Source of the DNA: Camelus dromedarius
Taxonomy: Eukaryota
Assembly (NCBI RefSeq): GCF_036321535.1
Contig: NC_087437.1
Coordinates: forward strand, 73,658,001 to 73,722,000
Length of the DNA stretch: 64,000 nt
Direction of reading: 5' to 3'
Shown: piece after piece, positions 1 through 12,644 of the stretch
Position numbering within the stretch: position 1 is the stretch's first letter
Layout: each line of letters opens with the position of its first letter
Position numbers and translations under genes: made by a program
The notes under the pieces: generated by a model
The model's database searches: none
The model's input: the letters and a program-made list of their open reading frames with translations, nothing else
What the model was told of the DNA's origin: nothing

Positions 1-155
1 GCCTGAAAAAGAATCAAATGGAAATTCTAGAATTTAAGAATGCAATATTTAAAATGGAAAATTCACTGGATGGGGTTAAGCTGATTTAGGTGGCAGAGGA
101 ATGCTCAGTGAACAATAGAAATTATCCAATCTGAAGAGTACAAGAAAAACAGATC
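1..155 (+). mobile_element. Ancient L1M/HAL1 ORF1-region fragment
   Basis: aaagaatcaaatggaaattctagaa..aattcactggatggg..aatagaaattatccaatctgaaga is typical old L1 ORF1 coiled-coil sequence. Confidence 0.7.
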
Positions 156-159
156 CCCA

Positions 160-2030
160 GTAATCTTGTAGGAGTGTATTTTCATTTCTCCCTTCTTGGT
201 CTATAAGCTATTGGTCTCATATATTTTACTTCTCTATATGTTATAATCCCAATGTTACATTGTAATTTTTCTTCAATTAGCTTTTAAAATAGTCAATTAT
301 ATTTTAAAGGTCTCTAACTAACAAAGGGAAAGAGTTATCATTTCTAGTGTTCTCCATTATTTTGCATAGATCCATATTTCTCCATCATGGATCATTTTCT
401 TTCTGAGTGGAGGATTCCTTTAAAATTTTTTGTCATGTGGTCTACAGGTGATGTATTCTTTGTTTGTGTACCTGGAAAGTATTTTGCCTTCATATTTCAT
501 AGACTTTACTTTTTAGAACAGTTTTAAATTTATAGAAAAAGTAAAAGATATTATAGAGAGTTCCCATGGATTCCAGACCTAGTTTTTTCCTTTATTAACA
601 TTTTACCTTAACATGATATATTTGCTATAATTCATGAACCAATATTGATATATTATTATTAATTATATATTTTCATTAAAGTTTATTCAGATTTTCTTGG
701 CTTTTATCTAATTCATTTTTTTTTCCAGGATCCCATCCATTATACCATAATACATTTAGTTGTCATGTCTCATTAGACTTTTTTAACTGTGACACTCAGA
801 CTTTCATTATTTTGATGTCTTTAATAGTGTTGAGAGGTACTGGTCAGGTATTTTGTAGAATGCCTGTATATCGGAATTTGTTTGATATGTGTGTATGTGT
901 GTTTCATGGTTAGATTGTTGCTTTTATGTTTGAAAGGCATTTTCACTGAATATATACCTCTGGATTGACAGATTTTTTTAAAGTACTTTCGAAGTATATT
1001 TCTCACTATGTATTGTGTCCTTTTTGTCAGACTGATTTTAATATTTCCTCTTTGTCACATTTTTGAGCAATTTGTTTACTGTGTGACTTAGTGTAGTTAT
1101 TTTCATGTTTCTATTGTTTTGGGTTCATTGAACTTCTTGGATTGGTAGATTTATATATTTGGAAAAAATTGGGGAAATTTTTCTATACATACTTTTTCTC
1201 CTCTCCTCTCTCTTCTTTCTTTTGGTACTCCAATTCCACTTGTACTAGGTTGCTGGAATTTGTCCCACATCTCACTGACACTCTGTTCTTTCATATTTGG
1301 AATCCTTTTTCGCTGTGTTTCACTTTAGATAGTTTATATTGTTATATCTTCAAGTTTATTAATATTTTCTCATGCAATATATAATCTACTTTCAATCCCA
1401 TCCAGTTTATTTTCATTTTAGAGATTGTAGTTTTCACCCCTAGAAATTAGATTTTAGTCATTTAATATCTTTTATAGCTCTACTTATCATGATTAGTCTT
1501 CCCTCTATCTTTTTAAATAAATAGAATACAGTTGTAAGAACTGTTTTAATACCCTTCTTTGATATTCTAATGTCAATGTCAGTTTGGTTTTCATTGAACT
1601 TTCTTCTCATTATGGCTCACATTTTTCTGTTTCTCTGCATGTCATGTAACTTTTGATGATTTACCAGACTTTGTGAATTATATCTTGTTGGATGTTGGAT
1701 ACTTTTGTATTCATAAAAATATTCTTAAACTTTGTTCTGGGGTGTAGTTAAATGACTTGGAAGCAGGTTGATACTTTTGACTCTTGCTTTTAAAATTTGT
1801 TAGGTGGACCAGAACAGCATTCAATATAGAATTAATTATTTCTTACTATTGAGGCAAGACTCTTCTTTACCTAATGTCCCCATGAAGGTTTTACAGTTTG
1901 GCTAGTGGGAAGAGACATTACTATCATTCCTATGCAGATGCTGAGGATTGTTCTGTTTTATCCTCTGGGGAAATTTTTCTCCAGCTTTTTGCTAGTTTTC
2001 TTACATACTTGCGCTGATCAGGACTCTGTA
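160..2030 (-). mobile_element. Ancient L1ME/HAL1 5'/ORF1 region (interrupted at ~503-920)
   Basis: T-rich degraded antisense L1 ORF1-like sequence (tttggggaaattttc.., tcaatcccatccagtttattttcattttagagattgtagttttc). Confidence 0.65.
503..920 (-). mobile_element. L1MC3/L1MD-type 3' end fragment
   Basis: tttttagaacagttttaaattt..gaaccaatattgata..ccaggatcccatcca..gtactggtcaggtattttgtagaatg matches the recalled L1MC3-type 3' UTR. It interrupts an older minus-strand L1. Confidence 0.75.
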
Positions 2031-2039
2031 GAAAAATTA

Positions 2040-4562
2040 TAAATTAGACTTTATCAAATTTAGAAATGTATGCTCATCAAAAGACACTTTTAAGCAAATA
2101 AACGATCCATGCACCAGGAAAAAAATTTGCTAAACACATATTTCAAAGAAGACCAATATCTTGAATACGTTATAAAATTACTATGATGCAATTATAAAGC
2201 AATCTAATATACAAAAAGCAAAAGACTGAACAGATGCTTCAAAAATGAAGGTACATGAATGGACATAATCGCCTGAATTAGTGGTCAGCGTCATTAGTCC
2301 TTAGAGTAAATGAAGATTGGAACCATGTGAGATAATTCTACATGCTCACTCTAATGGCTAAAATTAAAAGAACTGACAATGCCAAATTTTGGTGAGAATT
2401 TAGATAGAATTTGGTGAGAAAGTAGATGAAATACATGGAAACATCATTTGGGATTGTACAATGGTAGAATCACTTTGGCAAAAATGTTTGGTAATTTCTT
2501 ATGAAGTTAAATGTATACTTATTCTGACTTAGCAATTTAATTTTTAGCTGTTTCTCCAAGAAAAATTAGAGCATATTTCCAAAATAGGACTTGTACATGA
2601 ATGTTCATAGAACTTTATTCATAAGAGCCCCAAGCTGAGAATTATCCAAATATTCATTAACAGAATTAATAAACAAATCATGGTATAACCATACAGTGGA
2701 ATACTACTCAGGAATAAATGCCTGATATAAACTACCTCATATATAAATCTCACAGAAATGCTGAACAAAAAAAACTGGACACAAATATATTGTGTGATAT
2801 ATTGGCACACATATATTGTGTGATTTCATTTATGTAAAGTTCTAAATTAGGAAGCTAATGTATGGTAAATAAAAGCAGAGAAGTAGTTGCTCTGGGAATG
2901 GGGGATTGACTTGGAAGGAGCACAAGACATCTTTCTGAGATGATGAAAACATTTCGAATATTGATAGGGGTTTGGGTTATATGAATACATGCATTTGTCA
3001 AAACTCATCCAATTATATACTTAAGATTTATGAATTTCATGAAATGTACGTTTTACCTAACCCCCTACACTGTTATGCAAATACTGAACTCTAATTAGTA
3101 GGCTTCCTTCATGCAGTGCTATCATTTAACAACTCTGAAACTACTCTGTGTGAATTCTAGGATTAAGCAAATGAGTAAAAGCAATGAAAATAATAATGGC
3201 GGCCAGATTTTATGCAGTTAGTAACAGATTTACAGAAGTTAAAAGAGGTAACATTTGAATGTAGGCTATTGTTTTGGATTGGAATTGGTGATATCAGTAT
3301 GAATTCAAAATTCTGAATAAATACATATATATTTATAATATTTTATAAATTATATATATGTATTTCTAGCACTGTCCACTGTTGAGAGAGCCTGGAAACA
3401 ATGATACACTAGTAACAGTGAACACACTGGGGTCAAATATTGCTTGTTTCATACAGTTCTCCATTAACAGGAAGTAGGGCTCCTTGGAGAAATGTGTGAT
3501 TCTAGGGCTGGGATATGAAAAGTGTAAGAAAAGCCTAGAATGTCTGTGTGACAGAAAGTGAGTAAATGATCAAAGAATTGTGGCAGTGTATTAAAAAATC
3601 ACATGGCTTATCTTAAAGGGAGACCCACTAACCAAACTTGGAGGGATATGAGCATTAAAATCCATAATGATAGTAATGGACTAAAGCCCATTAAATAAAA
3701 TAAGGATGCATAAGTTCATATTAACATAAATAAGTAATTGAACAAATAAAAGGGGAAGAAGAGAAAGCTCTTTCTGATTCTCGAATGGCACTTAGTAAAT
3801 GAAGAAGGAATGATGACGTTAGAAATCATCAATGGAAGCTAAAACTAGTGAGGGGAATTTGGTGATGATCAGAATAATTACCTCCCCACAAATTATTTAT
3901 TAAATACAGAGGAAAAGTAGTAACTTTGGGGGGAGGGAAGAAAACTGGTAGCTATCATCTTAACTAAGTGATTAAAACTGTGTGTTCAATATTGGAACAA
4001 AAAAATTTAATGTGCCTTTTGACATGGTACACTTAGGAAGACATAACAACATTTCTCTTTTATTCCTGCCCAAGATAACTGACCTGAATCTAATCATGAA
4101 GAAACATCAAACAAATCAGACATTTGACATTTTTTTTTTAATTTTCAAAATAGAAAGACAAAGAGCTTTCTCAGATTAAAGGAGATAAAAGAGAAGACAA
4201 ATACTATGTGTGATCCTAAATTGGATTCTGGACCAGGAAAAAGAAAAGTTGTAAGGGAAATATTGAAACAATTGTTGAAAATTGAATGTGGACTGTGGCT
4301 TAGGTGATATTATGAATGTTAAATTTCCTGATTTTGATCATTGTACTGTGTCTATGCAAGAGAATGTCCAAGGAACACAGACTGGAGTAGATAGGGGCAA
4401 AGGGACATTGTATCTCCGATTTACTCTCAAGTAGCTCAGAATGACAGAGCAAATGAGGCAAAGTGTAAACCACCGGTAAATCTGGGAAAAGGGTTCACAG
4501 GCATTTCTTCCAACTTTTTTGTATATTTGATATTTTGCCAAAATAAAACAGTTACAAAAAAG
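2040..4562 (+). mobile_element. Ancient L1 (L1MC4/L1MC5/L1ME-type) ORF2 end plus long 3' UTR
   Basis: Degraded ORF2 C-terminus (atggctaaaattaaaagaactgacaatgccaaa, ttatgaagttaaatgtatactta), a MER42-like UTR block (ggctccttggagaaatg..ttctagggctggg) and a terminal aataaaa..aaaaa at ~4541-4561. Confidence 0.75.
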
Positions 4563-4799
4563 ATTTGTAACGTGGGTTCAGGACTCCTGACTGGGGATCG
4601 TTGGTTTGATTTTTGTATGGAATGGCTCAAGTACCTACTCAGACTTTCAGTTCTATCATATTTTCTAATGGAAACCTACAGTATTCTTTTCTCAGGGGAA
4701 ATGTTTAGGTCAATCATTTAAAAAACTTTCCTGGAACATTGAGTGGAGTGTGAAGATTACTCTTTCTGAGACAATGGAAATATTCTTTACACTGATAGA

Positions 4800-4985
4800 G
4801 GCAGGCCCTTTTTCAAGCGCTCTTCGTATACTGTTTCCCCTCATCCTCACAATTTAGGACTTGGATTTTGTCATCACTGTTTTAAACATAAGACAACTGC
4901 AACTTGCTCAAAGGACTTGATTAGTAAGCAGCAGGGCCATAATTTGAAATCTGGTTTATTTAAAGACAAAATTCAAGCCCTCAGC
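4800..4985 (-). mobile_element. MIR SINE (degraded)
   Basis: MIR core-like order catcctcacaa..aacttgctcaaagg..ttagtaagcagcagggcc..tttgaaatctgg. Confidence 0.6.
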
Positions 4986-5024
4986 CCAAATGACCCATTC
5001 CTTCCCTGACCTCAGGTCTGACTT

Positions 5025-5180
5025 CTCACACTGAATTGTAATCATCAGTCTCTTTTCCCACTAGGGAGGGATCTAGGAGCAAGAGGATTTCTCTTACTTT
5101 CTAACTTTGCTTTTTCTTTGTCTCCAGAACCCAGGATATGGCTTGGCTCACAATGGCTTACTCAATATACGTAGTCTAAA
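5025..5180 (+). mobile_element. L2 3' end fragment
   Basis: tgtctccagaacccagg..ttggctcacaatggcttactcaatatac resembles the L2 terminus. Confidence 0.5.
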
Positions 5181-7229
5181 TAGCATTTTCAAGACCCTCA
5201 AAGGTAAAGATTCCGTTTTAATGCAGTGTTTATTTCATGTGGCTGTTCATTCATGTGAAAGACTATTACAGGCTCCTATTGAAGAGACTTTGTTGGGTCT
5301 GCTTTATTTTCATCAGTTATTATGTAGATCCCTTGGCTGATTGTTCATTTGACTGCTTGTGATCTATTCATTCATGCAGGCCGTACTGTGGTAGACAGAC
5401 TGCAGTGGACATCTCCACTAGTCTTCACAGCACACACCACTGTCTTTATTGCACAGTGGCATTCTTTCCATCCTGCCGTTAAGACTTGGTGTTGGTATTC
5501 TCCCTGTGAGTCAGACTCTTAGCACACCTATACACAACATGCAGAAATGCAGAGATGTCAAAACCCAGGACACATACAGCCCAACAGTTGACAAGCAGAG
5601 TGTTATTAGCATTGGTAATAAGACTACCTGGGTCTGTCTGCAGAGGTCCCTCAGCTTGGGATCATTTATATTCACTGCACACAGCTTCCAAACCTGGCTT
5701 TTAAATGAGCCAGCTTTAGAGAAGACAATGGAAACCCTGACAGTAAGCTGAAAATTTTGGGTAGTAATCCATTCATCCTAATTAAGAGACCCTCTCAGAC
5801 CTGCCTCCTGGCAATTAACACAGTTGTGTGTGGTCCTATTATTTGAACTGACAACAGCAGTCTTAGGTTCTATTGGCTCAGGGAGCCCTTTCTCCTCCGG
5901 AACTCCACAGTCCAGCTCTCCTCTTGGTAAACAGATTCTCTTTCACTTGCAACAGCAAACACTTCAAACATTTGCATTTCACTCATTACTTGTGCTGCTA
6001 CAGGCTGAGCGTGACCCTGTCATAGAAACAAACCCAGCTAAAAACCACCTAATGGCATTGGTTATATAACTATTAGACTTCCCTGAAATATACTTCCTAG
6101 GACCAAAAGAAAGGAATGGGATCTTTGCACCATAGGATTAGCTTGGTCTGATCTCATTTGTCATTTCTCTTAGTAAAAACCACTTTCTCCTTAAACCCAA
6201 ATTGTAAGAACTCAGCTCTTGTCCATAGTAAGAAGTCAGCAGAAAGAATATCAAACTTTGTATCAGAAAGCATGTTGGGAATTTACAACAGTTTTAATGC
6301 ATCTTTTCCCCTTGACAATTATTATTTTGACAGATGGAGGTTGGGGTGTTTGGAGATGGTTGGCAACTAGAATTTTTGTGTGTGGAATAAAAGAAATCTC
6401 AAATTGAGTCTCAAAATCTCAAATGGTGCCCTTCCTTTGATCTGTCACATTGTGTTACCTTTCATCACATTACTGCACAACTCCTCAAATTTAAAGGAGC
6501 AGGCTTTTCTTTTTCCAGGTCAGATACTAATTCAGAAATTTGGTGTGAAGTAATGATGAATAATGGATGAACCAGCTTTCTAAATTGAAGTCCCAGATTC
6601 TGAGGGACTTGGGAAATCTTCAGAGCCAGATGGAAGATGTCAACTTGAATGCCAGGGAGAGACCCACCTGAAGGAACCCTTACTTTTCTACCTGCCTGGT
6701 CATCCACTCACTGCCAGCTGGAGTTTGTTTCCCTTAGTTTTGAGAACAAATCAAATTATCATATGTTAAAATGATGAAATATTTTGTTCTAAAAGTTCTA
6801 TTTGCATATAGAATCCTGCGTTTTTAAATGAACTGCTAATGCACAGAACCCTGGCATAGGTTTGGAAAGTGGACCATATTGCTTTCAGGAGTCTTTGATT
6901 TGCCAATAAGGTCAACCAAAATCCATTTCTGCTTCCTGTGCCTGATGTTTATGTAGTCTTCACATTCTTTTTAGAGAAATTTGTCTACTTCTTTGATGAA
7001 CAAATAACACTGAACTGAATTTTGTTTCTTCAGAAGACTTTCAGTAGTGCAAAGAAGTTGAATAAATACTAAATATTCATCTGAAGCATAAGATTATTGA
7101 AGTTTGAGCTTCTGAGGTTTTAAAAATTCTACCTGAAAGGATATCAGGTAATTTAGAAATTCCCGCCCAATCATAATGTTTTATTGTTTCTCTAAATTTT
7201 CTCTAACTGTATTCCTTCTGGAAAAGGCA

Positions 7230-8990
7230 TTCCATGGTAGTCTCCTGGACATGAAGGAAAAAGAAGATGAGTGACAGTGCAATTAGAAGATTTGTAACTG
7301 GTTACATTACCCACAAAAGGTAATGGATAGTGGCTTCAAGTTACCCTTTTGTGGGACTTCTCTTAATTTTCTATAGTCCTGTGTTTTCAGAGTTTTTAAT
7401 CTGTTAAAAAACTAAATTGATTTTTTTTTTAGATGGGAATGATAATGAATATACTGGATGAAAGAATAAGGACCAAATGATCTTTATAGGCTGAAATAAA
7501 AGGCAAATCTATCAAAATGAACAAATCTGAGGGCCTGCCATCTGGGCCCAAAGACAGCTTCACAAGTACTTAATATAGATGTTTCTTTAGCAGGGACACA
7601 TGTAAAAGAAGGAAACTTGCATCACGGAAAGTGCATTGTGAGGCAGCAGTGTGATGTGGCTGCACAGTAAAATTGTAACTTTAGATACATTGTTAGATGC
7701 ACAGTACAACGATGAAGAAAGTGATAGTGTTGTTCCTGTTAGTTCAAAACCTGGGGAGTTCCTGGGTGAAATCTGAAACTGCTCCGCCACTACGTGTACA
7801 TAGAGACCGAGACAAAAAAGAGGCAAGCTACTCCCTATTGGTGAATACTAAGTTTAATAAGCAAGAAGACTTACATACAGGGCTTGTGTTGGTCAGCCAC
7901 AAGCGAGATCTCTGCACCTGCCCCCCAGAATCTTAAACATTTATATAGAGATCATGATGGGGTTCAGTCATATATCCAATTCAGATGGTCTGAACAACAT
8001 ATCGCTCTCTCTAGGTGCATCCTTGAAAATGGCTCTGGCTGTGGGAATGGTGGGCAGAATGTAGATTCCCAGGACAGAGTGGGGGGTGAGGAGCCTCTGG
8101 TTGCCTGGGTCCAGATTACCAATCAGCTGGCCTTCATGTCCTCTGGATGATCTCTTCCAGCTGTTCTCTTGGGATGTTATTGGGTCTTCACAGATTGTAA
8201 GACAAAAACAAACAAGAGTGTGAGAAGCAGCAAGCAACATGGTATCTTATACGGAAGAGTCAAAGCTACTAGAGAACTTTAGGTGGGAGACGAGAAGCTT
8301 CAAACGGATTTGATGCCAATATTTGTAAGAAATGTCAAATGGAAGAAAGATCAGACTTTCTTGAGATGACTTCAGTGAGTTGAACTAGGTGCAATGGGCA
8401 AAAGTTCTGGGGAGAGGGACTTGTGTGACTTAGAACAAGAAGGGCTTTCTTTTCTTTTTTTAATTGAAGTACAGTCAGTTACAGTGTGTCAGTTTCTGGT
8501 GTGCAGCACGATGTCCCAGTCATGCATATACATAACATATATTTGTTTTCATATTCTTTTTCATTAAAGGTTATTACAAGATATTGAACATAGTTCCCTG
8601 TACTATACAAAACAAACTTTTTTAAAATTTGTTTTTATATATAGTGGCTAACATTTGTAAATCTCAAATTCCCAAATTTATCCTTTCCCACCCCCTTTCC
8701 AGGGTAATCATAAGATTGTTTACTATGTCTGCGAGTCTGTTTCTGTTTTGTAGATGAGTTCATGTACCATATGATATCACTCATGTGTGGAATCTAAAAA
8801 AGAAAAAGAAAAAAAAAAAAGAAAGGGCTTTCTCATAGGAGTGGCAAAAGATGCACAGGTCACCTCACTGGAAACATTCAAGCCAAAGCTAAATGATGAC
8901 TATGAAGGAGTCTTGTAGGGAGAATGCAGATGGCAGTTGGATTTGACAGTTGGTCGTGACTCTTTTTTCTCTGAAATTCCTCCTTATTAA
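7230..8990 (+). mobile_element. L3/CR1 LINE remnant (fragmented; host of the 8.45 kb L1)
   Basis: Degraded RT-region pieces occur in CR1 order: VRWI.NWL-like at 7275-7305, DLDRL-like at ~7480, EKRRLRGD..YLKGC..GRTR.NG-like at 8290-8400, then the 3' tail cactggaaacattcaagccaaagctaaatga. Confidence 0.65.
8451..8822 (-). mobile_element. Short young L1 3' end with tiny 5' inversion
   Basis: Minus-strand L1 3' UTR at 8451-~8763 with a T-tract tail at left. The plus-strand piece taccatatgatatcactcatgtgtggaatctaaaaaag.. (~8765-8822) is the upstream ORF2-end/UTR sequence (compare 27260-27300). Exact TSD aagggctttct at 8440-8450 and 8823-8833. Confidence 0.9.
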
Positions 8991-9697
8991 TCTTGTAATG
9001 ATAATGTGCCCAAGTGAACAAACCTAGTGAATTTGAACTTTGGTAAGAAATTAATAGCCATTATACATAAGAAAAAGCTATGATGTAGAGATGTTGAAGT
9101 GTCTGTCCTTGGAAATTTTTAAGAGTAGGAGAGACAATTACAGCCTTAACTTAGAGACTTTCATGGTTACAGACTGGCGTCCGAGGCAGTTTCTTAAAAC
9201 ATCTGTGGTTATTTGTATACCAGGGGTCTGTAGTCTCTTTAAAATCGTTGGTCAGGCCTTTTCTACAAAACTTTTAAGCTCAATCAGTCTTGTGTAATTT
9301 CACTTTATGACATGGAATAGGCTTCTCATAACCTTCTGGCTCATTCTTGGGAGAGAAAAAAAACTATGGTCTATTGTTTGCTTCCTCCTCACACACTGTC
9401 CCTCATTCCTTCTTACCCTGAATGGTTTCAAGGATGTGAGTTAAAACATACTATTTGATATTGAATAGTATTATAAGTTCTATCCATTAGAAAAAGATTT
9501 TTATAACCCTAATATTAAGATTCTTTGACTTTACGTGGTGAGAAGAAAATAGCGATGAGATTATTCCTAGAGCGTAGACAACTAATCTGAATTAAAGTTT
9601 ACGTTTTTGGCTCTGTTTACCTTGACGCGTACCTGTTAGGAGAAGGGACAGCAGGATACAGAATAAAGGTCAGGGAGGGTCACAGACATGTTCGGTG

Positions 9698-9852
9698 GCA
9701 GTTAGCCCGAATTTGCTGATCGTCAAAGTTACTGGGGGTTAAAAATTCTCTGGGAAAGTTCCTGATGGAATAGCTTTGGAATGGGGCTGAGAAAGCTGTG
9801 TTTTTAACAGGTGTCACTGGGGGCTCTTATGCTCAGACAAGGAGGATGCTAT
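9698..9852. mobile_element. hAT-Charlie MITE, MER117-like
   Basis: tttgctgatcgtcaaagttactgggg..ttaaaaa..ggaatggggctgagaaagctgtgtttttaacagg..tcttatgctcagacaag follows the MER117/MER5 layout. Confidence 0.55.
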
Positions 9853-12315
9853 TCTAGACAATTTCAAGTCACAGTTCAAGAAAGGTGGGAAAACTATGGA
9901 TGGACAGGAAGTTGTAACAGACCAGCCTCGTATACAGGTTAAAAAAAGCATTACTGTTTTCTAACAAAGATGTCACAGAATTGATCTGCTCTTTTATGCC
10001 AGTGGTACTAAAAACTTGAAGTCTTTAAATCATGAATTATTGAATTGGCTCATGCATTCTACTTCTGCCAGAGTATTTCTTTCCATGTGCACTTTGGAAA
10101 GAGTCTCAAGTAAGCTGTTTGCCTTTCATGGATCCATCTTGTTACTTTCAACACAAACAAGTTTTTTTCCTTTTTGAAGCAAAAGCCAAGCCACTAGCAG
10201 ATGATTTAATGAGCAAAATGTGCCTTCTCCTTGTGAAGGAAAACAAAGGGCATCATCAGCTGCTAACTGTGACATGTGGGAGAAGATTTAGTCAGTTCTG
10301 TCTCCTCTGCTGCGACCAACTACTTCTCACCCACTCGTTCCTTCCTTTCCCTGCTTTTCATAAACTGGCCATTTGGTGCTTTTCTTCTTAATTCACCTCC
10401 ACCCTGACAGGCACAATGATAACATTCAGCTCTGTTTGAGGTTAACTGCTAAGTCTTTCCCCCTTCAGAATAAAGTTTGAGACAAAAACTTGAAATTTGA
10501 AAGGATACATTATAAAAACTATATTTTGATTGATGCAAATTATCTGTCTTTGTTTTTCTCACGGAATACCCATAACCTTTACAAAGCAGACTTTCCCATA
10601 AGAAGCTTTTTTTTTTTAATGCATAGGTGGGGCCTCCAGAGCAAGTAGAGATGTTATAAATGGGATGACTGTGAACTTTCCATCAACAATTGTTTAATTC
10701 TCATGAGTCTTTGCTGTTGAGCAAATGAAGAAAGGATATTAAAGACCACTGTAATTTTCAAGCATTGACAATAGACAAGACATCTAGAAATGATTGTTCA
10801 TTTCCTCCCTTTCCCCTACTTTTATGGAAGAACTATTCAAAAGAATAGGCTAAAGAGATTATGAGATTAAATAAGGGTGGCTCATATGAGAAATAATACA
10901 AAGATGAATCATGGGAAATACTTCTGGTAAATTCTCTAGGATTTAAATTGAAGTCATATCACTTAAAGTGACACTTAGAGTTTGGGACTCCTCTGTGCTT
11001 TCCTGACTGATATTATGTGCAAAAGACATCTATTATTTTTCTCTTGCTGTCTACTGTGATTTTCCTTGTGTTTGAGGACAGAACTTGGCAACAGTCTTTA
11101 AAAATATTTGAATGTCAGAAAGAACTTGAATCCAGCTCTATGAGTCACATTATTTTATAAAAGTCTTCCCTTTTTAACTTCTGTTTCTCACCATGTGAAG
11201 ATGTCCTTTAAATGGTTTTCAAGCTATGTTGTATTCAGTCATCTGAAACTTAATATTTCCCTGCAAAAATTTTGTAGCATTGCTTCAAGAAGTGTTGGTT
11301 AAAACACACTATAATTCATCAAGTAATTTGATTACTTTCCAATAATGACTTTAAAAAAATTCTTTGTATTCGACTCCATTGTTTTTAAAAAATCTTATTG
11401 CTACATAAAGCTTTTATATTATTTTCTTCTAGGAACTCTAATCTTTCAATTAATATTTATATTTGTGTTTGCCATTTAATATCCCTTTATGCTTTACAAA
11501 TCAAACATGTAGATATTATATATGTAATCTTATTAATATATTTATATTTGTAAATAATTTTATCTTATGTACCGGTAAATAGAGTAAATAGAATACACAT
11601 ATATGCACACATGCAAATTAGTAATATGTCATGAATGACTGGTGACATTTAGTGAAAGAGGTAAAATAATTTTTTCAGTGTTACATAGGGCTATGTTACA
11701 TAGCTCAGCTAGTTTGCAGACTCGGCTTTGTTTGTCCAGCGCTCTCTCTGCCTACATTATTCTGTCTCGTGGTAATTGCTACTATTGCTCTTGCTTTTAA
11801 CATATTGTGAAGTTTATTTGCATTTCTCCTTTGTAATTTGTTGACATTTTTCTCTAATTCATCTAATTTTTAAGCTACAGAGTGAATTAGGTAATTTCTT
11901 CAAAACTCGTATTTAAGCAATAATCACTAAGTTGTTAATTTGCCCACGAGTTGTTTTAAGTTTGCAACTTAAAGATCAGTGTCTTTAACTGATAGCTGCT
12001 GCTCTAATTAGTGACGCCTAGTGCATCAAATGCAGATGTTTAAGAAAATTAGATAAAGACACAAAAAAGCATAAACCAACAGATTTTAGCTTATTAAGCT
12101 CACTGAAAATTTACCAATTTGGATCATATGGGGGAAAATTATGAATAAATTGTTAAAATTTCTGAAATATAAAGCATTAATTCCCTAAACATTGTAGAGC
12201 AGGTAGTATAGCATGATAATACATGCATATTTTAAAATAAATGTGGATCTTATTTTCAAGTATACATAGTAAACTGAACTAACAGAATTATTTACTGAGA
12301 AGAAGAATATATAAG

Positions 12316-12480
12316 GGAAGTAGTATGGGGTAGTGGAAAGAAATGGGTTTCCCTGTGGAGTGCCCTTTTCCCAGTTTTATTCCTTTTTTAAAGTAAACTC
12401 TTTCTTTATAAAATGATGTTAATAATACCCACCCACAGGGGTTCAATGAGATAGTTTAGGTAAACTGTCTACCACAAGGT
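12316..12480 (+). mobile_element. MIR SINE (degraded)
   Basis: gtagtatggggtagtggaaaga head and tataaaatgatgttaataatacccacccacagggg..aatgagata core. Confidence 0.6.
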
Positions 12481-12644
12481 TGTTGATCAGATCAGCCCCT
12501 CCCCTGCCACTCTCATTTGCTTCTCTCAGCACTGTTCTGGGATCCAGCAAGAAGGAAAGACAGGCTGCAGCCTGGAGTTATTGAACATTAGTTGAAATGC
12601 ACCTTTTTGATAATATACTCCTCCATACTTCCTTTTTGTTTTTC

